Below, piece by piece: positions 19,853 to 26,721 of a stretch of DNA of 64,000 nt. Both the position numbers and the translations under genes were made by a program. This DNA comes from Phycisphaerales bacterium (GTDB taxonomy: Bacteria; Planctomycetota; Phycisphaerae; UBA1845; Fen-1342), in assembly GCA_003162245.1 (NCBI GenBank), contig PMMM01000196.1:8900-72899 (forward strand), written 5' to 3'. The notes beneath the pieces are model-generated. The model saw only the letters and a list, made by a program, of their open reading frames with translations, searched no databases and had not been told where the DNA came from. Each line of letters begins with the position of its first letter. The stretch's first letter is position 1.

Positions 19853-19878
19853 CATTACACACGAGAGTTGACGTTACC
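19853..19878. repeat. Right terminal inverted repeat of the IS256-family element
   Basis: Its reverse complement matches 18491-18516 at 19 of 26 positions, including the shared core CGTGTGTAAT. Confidence 0.7.
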
Positions 19879-19976
19879 GCGCGTGCCGGGCAGATAGTGC
19901 GTGGGGGGCAAACATTGTACGATGAATCGCCGCGGCTGTCCGTGGTCGTCGTGGTAATCTGGGATAAGGATGAAGG

Positions 19977-21041
19977 ATGGGCTCCGCGGAGGGCGAAATG
20001 GCGGCCCCCCCAGCTCGGGCTGCAGACGCCGAAAAAGCAGCGCAGGACGTCCACGCACGGGACTGGCCGCGGCGCTGGGCCGGGCCCGGTCTCTGCGCGG
20101 TCGCCTTTCTCGTCATGGCGGCGATCAGTTGGCGGAAGTGGCCGGATCTGCTGATCGACTTCGGTCACGAGCTTTACATTCCGTGGCAGCTTGCCTCTGG
20201 CAAGGTGCTCTATCGCGATATCGCCTTTCTATTCGGGCCGTTCTCGCAGTACTTGAATGCGTTCTGGTTCAAGCTCTTCGGCGTGTCACTGAGCACGCTC
20301 GTTTTCTGCAACCTCGCGATCCTGGCCGGGATGACCATCCTCATCTACCGGCTGCTGGTAGAGGCGACTGACAGGTTGACGGCCACGGCGGCCAGCCTGA
20401 CGTTGCTGCTGGTGTTTGCGTTTGCTCAGTACATGATGATTGGAAACTACAACTATGTCTGTCCCTACTCTCATGAGGCCACGCATGGAGTAGCGCTCAC
20501 GGTGGCGATGATCTTCTGCCTTTCGAGGGCGGAATTGAGACGCCGGCGCCTGATGCATATTCTCGCGGGAATATGCTGCGGGTTCGCGCTGCTGACCAAG
20601 GCGGAAACATCGCTCGCGGCCTGCGCCGTCGCGATTGTGTGGCTGGTGCTGGGCCTCCTGGTGCGGCCGCAGCGAAGCCGTGTCGACGTTCGCGCAGTGT
20701 TTGGGTTTCTCGTCGCTGCCGCCGTTCCCGTGGTCGGCTTCTTCCTGTGGTTCTGGAGTAAGATGCCTGCGGTGCTGGCGCTGAAGGGGGTTGCCAGCGC
20801 GTGGACTGTGCCGTTGAGCAGCTCCGCGGCTCACAACCTCTTTCACGAGCAGGGTATGGGGTTGGATGACGTGCGCGGCAACCTGCTGCTGGCCTTGGCA
20901 GTTTTCGGCGGGATCGCGCTGGCGGTGATCGCCGCTGGCGGCGCCGATGTCGCTACCCGGCGGCTCGCCGCCGGGCGAGCGGTCGTCGGGTTGGCGTGGG
21001 AGGCGTTGTGTTCGCCGCGCTGCTGTGCCGGCCTGCGCTGA
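19977..21041 (+). CDS. GT-C-type (GT39/ArnT-like) membrane glycosyltransferase, N-terminal portion (probable frameshift into next ORF)
   Basis: Multi-TM protein with a conserved early loop (YRDIAFLFGPF). It ends in a non-hydrophobic tail that overlaps the next ORF by 46 nt. Confidence 0.55.
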   Translation: MGSAEGEMAAPPARAADAEKAAQDVHARDWPRRWAGPGLCAVAFLVMAAISWRKWPDLLIDFGHELYIPWQLASGKVLYRDIAFLFGPFSQYLNAFWFKLFGVSLSTLVFCNLAILAGMTILIYRLLVEATDRLTATAASLTLLLVFAFAQYMMIGNYNYVCPYSHEATHGVALTVAMIFCLSRAELRRRRLMHILAGICCGFALLTKAETSLAACAVAIVWLVLGLLVRPQRSRVDVRAVFGFLVAAAVPVVGFFLWFWSKMPAVLALKGVASAWTVPLSSSAAHNLFHEQGMGLDDVRGNLLLALAVFGGIALAVIAAGGADVATRRLAAGRAVVGLAWEALCSPRCCAGLR

Positions 21042-21976
21042 TTCCACGGCAAAACATCGGCCCGGCGCTGCCGCTGACGACGCTTGTGGCGTGGGCGGGG
21101 CTGTTGATCGCGCTCATCAGGTGCCGCCGGGACTCGGCGGCCGTCACCCGGCTGATGCCGCTGGTTCTCTGGAGCACGTTTGCGGGCGTTATGCTGAGCA
21201 AGATGCTCCTCAACGCGCGGCTGCATCACTACGGGTTCTACCTGGCGATGCCGGCGACGTTGACGCTGGTCGTCAGCTTGATCTGGGCGGTGCCACGGTT
21301 GCTCCGGCGGGGGCCGCGCGGGGCGCCCCTATTCCGCGGCTTGGCGTTTGCGGGGGTGGCCGCCAGTGCCGTCGCGTACGCGCGCTTATCCTGCGCTTAT
21401 TACGCGGTGAAGGGCTACCAGGTTGGCCGCGGCGGCGACGCCATCAGCACCTATGTGCCGGAAGTATCTGGTGTCGGACTCGCCGTCAATGAGGCCTTGG
21501 CGTGGATCGAGCACAACACGGCGCCGGAGGCTGGTCTTGTCGCGTTTCCCGAGGGCATCATGTTGAACTACCTCTCCCGGCGGGTTGATCCGACGCCCTA
21601 TACCAATTTCATGATGGTCGAGCTGCAGGCTTTCGGCGAGGACGCCATCCTGGCCGGCCTGCGCGCGCACCAGCCCGATTTCGTCGTCCTCGTGCACAAG
21701 GACACCAGCGAGTTCGGCGTCCGCTTCTTCGGCACCGACCCGCGCTACGGAAAGACGATCATGGACTGGATCAAGGCCGAATACGAGAATGCGCAGCGGA
21801 TCGGATTCGAGCCCCTGAAGGACGAACGCTTTGGGATCAAGATCCTCAAACGCCGCGCGGGCGTGCATGCCACGCGCGTAGACGGCGACGATCGCCGTCG
21901 GGCTGGTGCGGAGCGTGTCAACGCCGCGCATCCTTCGCGGGCGATCGAGGACTGCCCGCTCGATCGGAGCCTGTAG
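20996..21976 (+). CDS. C-terminal portion of the same GT-C-type glycosyltransferase (TM helices plus soluble domain)
   Basis: It continues the hydrophobic helices (GGVVFAALL..., LVAWAGLLIALI) and ends in a soluble domain (PDFVVLVHKDTSEFG...). The combined length of ~670 aa fits single-chain GT-C enzymes. Confidence 0.55.
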   Translation: MGGVVFAALLCRPALIPRQNIGPALPLTTLVAWAGLLIALIRCRRDSAAVTRLMPLVLWSTFAGVMLSKMLLNARLHHYGFYLAMPATLTLVVSLIWAVPRLLRRGPRGAPLFRGLAFAGVAASAVAYARLSCAYYAVKGYQVGRGGDAISTYVPEVSGVGLAVNEALAWIEHNTAPEAGLVAFPEGIMLNYLSRRVDPTPYTNFMMVELQAFGEDAILAGLRAHQPDFVVLVHKDTSEFGVRFFGTDPRYGKTIMDWIKAEYENAQRIGFEPLKDERFGIKILKRRAGVHATRVDGDDRRRAGAERVNAAHPSRAIEDCPLDRSL

Positions 21977-22070
21977 CGGGACGAATGGCTCGCGAGGTCA
22001 TGTACAACCCCGCGAGTGCGGCGTGCCGGCGAGCAGAGAGACGCAAGGCCGACGGTCGCGACCGCATTGA

Positions 22071-22817
22071 GTGGAACACGGCACTATGAACAAGCACGTT
22101 CTGGCGTATCGACTGGTTTCGGCGGCGCTGGTTGGAATCCTCGTGTTCGCCGCCTGCATGGGGCTGACCTCGGGCGTCCGCCGGCTGGGTTGGTCGACGT
22201 CAGCGATGACCGATCAACTCTGGCTCAAGCTCGCGCTGATTGTGATTTCCGGAGCGATCTTCGCGGTGCTACGGCGGCCGTGGAGCGAGTTCGGGCTGGT
22301 CAGGCCCCGTTGGGGGCGCGGCGATGCGTGGTGGTTCGTCCTGGCGGCTGTCGCGATGGCCGTGGTGTCGATCGTCATGGTCCTCTTGGGCGAGCGACAT
22401 CCGCTGATGCGCGAACTCTCTTTCCCGCAGATCGTGCTCGTCGTGTGGCTGCTGAGCAGCGTGGCGGAGGAGGTCTTCGTGCGCGGGTTGGTCCAGGGAT
22501 TGGCGACGCCCGGCGGGGCGGCCGGCGCGCGAGCCAGCCGGCTGCTTCCGCCCGTCGTCCTTTCGGCCGCGTTCTTCGCGGCCATGCACGTGCCGCTGAT
22601 CTGGCGCGGCGCGGGGGTGCGCGGCGGGTTGATCATCGTGATTACGATGTTCGTCGTCGGTTGGGGGGCCGCCGAGTTACGTGCGCGCACAGGCAGCCTG
22701 CTGCCGGCGGTGCTGGCGCACATTGGCGGCAACGTCGCCGGGGTGCCCGGCGGAATCCTCGGTGTGGTCATCTACCGGCTGGTCCACGGCCAGATGCCAA
22801 ACTTGACCGGCGGCTGA
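22071..22817 (+). CDS. CPBP family intramembrane glutamic endopeptidase (CAAX protease-like)
   Basis: Motifs SSVAEEVFVRG (EExxxR), FFAAMH (FxxxH) and LAHIGGN are present in a multi-TM protein. An alternative start is ATG 22086. Confidence 0.8.
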   Translation: MEHGTMNKHVLAYRLVSAALVGILVFAACMGLTSGVRRLGWSTSAMTDQLWLKLALIVISGAIFAVLRRPWSEFGLVRPRWGRGDAWWFVLAAVAMAVVSIVMVLLGERHPLMRELSFPQIVLVVWLLSSVAEEVFVRGLVQGLATPGGAAGARASRLLPPVVLSAAFFAAMHVPLIWRGAGVRGGLIIVITMFVVGWGAAELRARTGSLLPAVLAHIGGNVAGVPGGILGVVIYRLVHGQMPNLTGG

Positions 22818-23013
22818 GTCACGGCGCAAAGCGCGCAAATCGGGTTGTCTCGCGGCTTTCGGCGGCAAGGAGTGCATCAATGCGACACACGTGTCGGAAG
22901 CGATACAGTACCGGGGGCTGGGTCGGAGGCTGTAGGTTGGGTCAGAGGGTTTGACGCCGCGGTCGAGCGGGCGTGCGAAGCCGACGACCGTCTTATCGAA
23001 CGGGGCGGTTGGT

Positions 23014-23826
23014 TCAGCGCCGCGGCGGCCTCAACAGGACCAGGAAGAGGAGCAGCGTGGTCGGTTCCGGCACGTCCCCAAGGCGCTCGACGAGAGTACC
23101 CGACGCTCCGGGCGTCAGCACGAGTTGCCACTCCCAAAAGCCGCTGAAGTCGTCGTTGGTGAGTGGCAAGCCGGTGTTGTTGGCGTTCGTCACGCTGGGG
23201 TCGGCCAGACCAAGCCGGGACGCGGTGAAGGGCCCGACTTTGTAGCCGACGTTTGCGCCGTAGCCCTGGAAATCCGCAGACACCGTCGGGCTGGGGTAGT
23301 CCCCGGTGACGCGCATGAGATCCGGACTGATCAAGGTCGCGCTGTCGCCGAAGAACGAGCCGTTCAGGTCGAAGTCGGTGTAATTGAACAGATTCAGCGT
23401 GAGCGGGGCGGCGGTCGTATTCCGTACGGTGAGCACCTCGACCATGCTCGCGTTGGTCGGGGAAGTGGCTTGGAGGTGGTACTCCAGGTCGGCGGTGAAT
23501 TGCGGAAACACCCAACTCGTGACCGCCCGGTTGGCCGCCGGTATCTGCGTGCCCGTCGCGTTGTAGAACGCGGTCTGGCGCGACTCGCCCGCCACGCGAT
23601 ACCACCACCAGTTCTGAAAGAGCTGGTCCGTGCCCGTCGCGCCGCCGCTGAGGCGAAAATCCGTGCTGCTGACGCCGCCGCCCGTGCCACTCGTGGGGCT
23701 GTCGGATTGCCGGAACACCGCGCCGCCGTCGGTCAATGTGAACCCGGTGCCGGCCTGGGCCAGGGCCAGGGTCGCACCGCAACTGACGAGCAGCGCGGCG
23801 ATCGTCTTGCGAGTTGCCATCTTCAT
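23014..23826 (-). CDS. PEP-CTERM sorting-domain secreted protein
   Basis: Sec signal MKMATRKTIAALLVSCGATLALA. The C-terminus VPEPTTLLLFLVLLRPPRR has the PEP motif, a TM helix and a basic tail. Confidence 0.8.
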   Translation of the reverse strand: MKMATRKTIAALLVSCGATLALAQAGTGFTLTDGGAVFRQSDSPTSGTGGGVSSTDFRLSGGATGTDQLFQNWWWYRVAGESRQTAFYNATGTQIPAANRAVTSWVFPQFTADLEYHLQATSPTNASMVEVLTVRNTTAAPLTLNLFNYTDFDLNGSFFGDSATLISPDLMRVTGDYPSPTVSADFQGYGANVGYKVGPFTASRLGLADPSVTNANNTGLPLTNDDFSGFWEWQLVLTPGASGTLVERLGDVPEPTTLLLFLVLLRPPRR

Positions 23827-23880
23827 TCCTCTCTCGAGGCGCCCACGATCCGTCTGCGTGACACGCGCGCCGCGCCTACG

Positions 23881-24396
23881 TCAGGGAGGCGGCGGGAAAA
23901 TACCGAACAGCGCGATGATGAACGTCAACGGCAGGTACGGCTGCATGTTGTCGTGCGGCTGTCCGCTGCCTGCCGTGCCGATGGCCTGCGGCGCCAAGGT
24001 CGCCGATGTCGGCGGTGGTGCGTAGGCCAACTCCTGTCCAGCGGCCAGCACGTTGTTCGCGGGCGTGGTGCTGGTCGCCGTGTACGGCGTTCCAACCATG
24101 TTGTGAGTATGCGGCGGTAGCTGCGTTGAGGTCAGCGCCACGGTTTCCGAGCCAAAGACGTCGCCCATGTTCCGCGGCGTAAGCCCCGGGCCTGCGCCAA
24201 GGCCGACTGGTGCCCGGCCGTTGAGGTTGGGCAAGCCGAAGGTCGTCTGGCCGTTGCCGCCGAACGTGGTGCCCAGGAGCGAGAACAGGGCCGTGTTCTG
24301 GTTGATGGGCATGAGCTGGCCCTGGCACAGAGCCCAGTTCGTGGGGGCGAAGCCACCGGCGAAAATGCGGATTTCTCCAATGAACGGTTCAGCCAC
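23881..24396 (-). CDS. Phage tail collar domain (MdpB-like) protein, paralogue 1
   Basis: MAEPFIGEIRIFAGGFAPTNWALCQGQLMPINQNTALFSLLGTTFGGNG..FGLPNL and the C-terminal FIIALFGIFP are typical of the family. No signal peptide. Confidence 0.9.
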   Translation of the reverse strand: MAEPFIGEIRIFAGGFAPTNWALCQGQLMPINQNTALFSLLGTTFGGNGQTTFGLPNLNGRAPVGLGAGPGLTPRNMGDVFGSETVALTSTQLPPHTHNMVGTPYTATSTTPANNVLAAGQELAYAPPPTSATLAPQAIGTAGSGQPHDNMQPYLPLTFIIALFGIFPPPP

Positions 24397-24940
24397 GGGG
24401 ACCTCCCTTCAGCGCTCGGGTGGTGGGCGACGTTCGAAGCAAGCCTTGACTCGGGAAAATCCCTAGCAGCGCGATAATGAAGTTCAAGCACAGTGACGGT
24501 TGGCAGTTGTTGTGGGGCTGCCCGCCGCCGGTGGCCCCGACATCGAGCGCGTTGAACGGCGTGAGATTGCCGGGCGCCGCGTACAGTGCGTTGTCGCCTA
24601 CCTGGGCGAAGACTTGCCCGTTAGACTGCGGCTGCGTGGCCGCGTCTGTGGACCCCGCGAGCGTGTGCGTGTGGGACGGGACCTGGTTGCCGATCAGCGT
24701 CACGGACTCCGTGCCCTCCGATGCACCAGGGGGATACTCGTTCGTCGCGTGGATCGGCACGCGTCCGCGCAGGTCCGGCAGGCCGAAGTTGCTCGTCCCG
24801 TTTCCGCCAAACGTCGTGCCCAGCAGAGAAAACAACGCCGTGTTCTGCGAAATGGTGAGAAGTCGTCCGTCGCAGGGCGCCCAGCCCTGCGGGGCGAAAT
24901 TGAATCCGCATAACCGTATCTCGCCAATGAATGGATCCAT
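24389..24940 (-). CDS. Phage tail collar domain (MdpB-like) protein, paralogue 2
   Basis: Start at ATG 24940 (MDPFIGEIRLCGFNFAPQGWAPCDGRLLTISQNTALFSLLGTTFGGNG). The 3' end overlaps paralogue 1 by 8 nt. Confidence 0.9.
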   Translation of the reverse strand: MDPFIGEIRLCGFNFAPQGWAPCDGRLLTISQNTALFSLLGTTFGGNGTSNFGLPDLRGRVPIHATNEYPPGASEGTESVTLIGNQVPSHTHTLAGSTDAATQPQSNGQVFAQVGDNALYAAPGNLTPFNALDVGATGGGQPHNNCQPSLCLNFIIALLGIFPSQGLLRTSPTTRALKGGPRG

Positions 24941-24953
24941 GGCCACGCACTCC

Positions 24954-25472
24954 TTAACCTTGCGACGGGAATATGCCCTGCAGGGCAATGATGAACCTCA
25001 CGGCGAGAAACGGCTGCTGATTCGGGTGCGACTGGCCGCCTCCGAAGGGCTGAAGGGCGCCGGAGTACATCGGTACGAGGTTTCCCGGCGCTCTGTAACT
25101 CGGGCTGGCCGTGCTGGCCGGGACGCCGGCGACGCCGCTCTTGAGTGTCGCGTCGGCCGCACTGCCAAGCGCGGCGTGATTGTGCTGTGCGAGCTCGGCG
25201 GTCGAGAGCGTGTGGGTGGCGGCACCGCCCGGCACGCCGAGGATGCGATTCGCGCTGCCCCCCGGGGCGACGCCCGTGCCGATGGGCACGCGGGCGCGCA
25301 AATCCGGCAGCGCAAACGTGGTTGTGCCGTCGCCGCCGTATGTTGTCCCGAACACCTGAAACAACGCCTGGTTTTGGGCAATGGAGAGCAATTGGCCTTC
25401 GCAGAAGGCCCAGCCCACCGGCGGAAAGTTGAAGCCGGTCATGCGAATCTCGGCCAAGAACGGTTCAGCCAT
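24954..25472 (-). CDS. Phage tail collar domain (MdpB-like) protein, paralogue 3
   Basis: MAEPFLAEIRMTGFNFPPVGWAFCEGQLLSIAQNQALFQVFGTTYGGDG..FALPDL and C-terminal FIIALQGIFPSQG. Confidence 0.9.
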   Translation of the reverse strand: MAEPFLAEIRMTGFNFPPVGWAFCEGQLLSIAQNQALFQVFGTTYGGDGTTTFALPDLRARVPIGTGVAPGGSANRILGVPGGAATHTLSTAELAQHNHAALGSAADATLKSGVAGVPASTASPSYRAPGNLVPMYSGALQPFGGGQSHPNQQPFLAVRFIIALQGIFPSQG

Positions 25473-25502
25473 GGGCGACTCCTTCGCAAGCTCGACCGCG
25501 CG

Positions 25503-25937
25503 TTACAGGGCCGCCGGCGGGGGCGCCGAAACCAAATGCGTGAAGACCGCCTGGTACACGAAGCCGTCCGCGTCCTGCCCGACTGGCACGATGAACAGGG
25601 ATAGCGAACCCATCTGCGGGTGCGTGAACGTGTAGGTGTCCTGCGCGAGCGGCTGGTCGGCGGCCCCGTGGAAGTACGCGGAGTACCCCTCGAATTGCCC
25701 GGCCACCCGACGCTCCGACACGCTGGTCAGTGTGAGCGCCACCGGCGTCGGCGTCTGCACGACGAACGTCGAGCGCACGTGCTGGGCAAATCGATCCCGC
25801 CCGAGCGGCGTCATGTCTGGTTGGGGAAGCGGCTGTACGAGCGGTAACGCCTGTTTACCGACCTCGGCGGTCCGCGGGATGAGCGTGCCCGCACATGCCG
25901 CCGTAGTAGTGACGAGGAACTCACGTCGTGAAACCAT
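25503..25937 (-). CDS. Small Tat-signal exported protein of unknown function
   Basis: Start at ATG 25937 (MVSRREFLVTTTAACAGT, a twin-arginine motif). 144 aa. It lies 30 nt upstream of the tail-collar genes on the same strand. Confidence 0.6.
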   Translation of the reverse strand: MVSRREFLVTTTAACAGTLIPRTAEVGKQALPLVQPLPQPDMTPLGRDRFAQHVRSTFVVQTPTPVALTLTSVSERRVAGQFEGYSAYFHGAADQPLAQDTYTFTHPQMGSLSLFIVPVGQDADGFVYQAVFTHLVSAPPPAAL

Positions 25938-25959
25938 GGCGTTCTTCCTTTCCCGGGGA

Positions 25960-26472
25960 CTACGTTGACGTTGCGCCCGCAGGCACGGATGTCGCGGGCT
26001 GCCGCTCGGCGTGCCATTCCATTTCGGTGTAGACCGCATCCTCTCGTTGGCAAACGAATCCAAGCCGCTCGTAGAACCGGCGCGCGGGGCTGGACGTGAG
26101 CACGTTCAGCCGCACGGGCCGCCGCTGCTGATGCGCTTCGTCCAGCACCTTCATCATCAGCACGGAACCGATGCCCTGGTTGCGCGAGGATGGCAGCAGG
26201 GCCACATCGACCACGCGGACTTCCTCTGCATCGCGGTGGACCAGCACGGCTCCGATTGGTTCCCCCGCTAACTCGACGATCTCGCCCCGTGCGTCGCCAA
26301 AACGCTCCGCGTACGCGCGGGCTCGCGCGCGGTATTGCATTTCCAGGAAAGCCTGCCGCACCTCGGCCGGCCAACCCGCCGCGTCGAACTCGCTCTGACG
26401 CGTGCTCGCGTAGAGCGCGAACAAAAAGGGCTCGTCTTCCAACCGCGCACCACGAATCCGGAGAGCACTCAT
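25960..26472 (-). CDS. GNAT family N-acetyltransferase
   Basis: 170 aa. It carries an acetyl-CoA binding segment (Q/R-x-x-G-x-G/A type, SRNQGIGSVLM) followed by ARRFYERLGF. Confidence 0.85.
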   Translation of the reverse strand: MSALRIRGARLEDEPFLFALYASTRQSEFDAAGWPAEVRQAFLEMQYRARARAYAERFGDARGEIVELAGEPIGAVLVHRDAEEVRVVDVALLPSSRNQGIGSVLMMKVLDEAHQQRRPVRLNVLTSSPARRFYERLGFVCQREDAVYTEMEWHAERQPATSVPAGATST

Positions 26473-26721
26473 ATCAAGCCCGGCGGGGTGCGCGCAGCTA
26501 CGTGTGCCACTCCAAAAAGCAGTGGAGCGTCGGACAGGTCGCCAGCGCGCGAACTATCGGATGCTAGGCCCGCCCACGGGCGAAAGGCAAAATGCGCGTC
26601 GCGCGTTTTTTCGCGGGGCGCCGCGCGTCAACAGTACCCATGCCTGCATCGACCGAGCCGGCGCAAAACGCGGCGGGGGCTCGGACAGACGGCTCGCCGC
26701 AGGCGCGAGCCGGGCTCGTGC

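Larger units (their letters stand above)
18491..19878 (+). mobile_element. IS256-family insertion sequence (about 1.39 kb)
   Basis: Imperfect terminal inverted repeats are present: GGTGACGTATCCTGCCGTGTGTAAT on the left, against the reverse complement GGTAACGTCAACTCTCGTGTGTAAT on the right, with further AAGAAGAGC matches inside. They flank a mutator/IS256-type transposase. I did not see a clean target-site duplication. Confidence 0.8.

Noticed and set aside
23881-25472. Tail-collar genes as evidence of a prophage or tailocin.
   Set aside because: No capsid, portal, terminase, sheath/tube, baseplate, lysis or integrase genes flank them. The proteins are short stand-alone MdpB-type paralogues in an operon with non-phage genes.
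26588-26611. A-run / GCGCG stem / T6 as a bidirectional terminator between the peptidase and GNAT genes.
   Set aside because: The stem is only 4-5 bp with a 3-nt loop. That is too weak to call with confidence.
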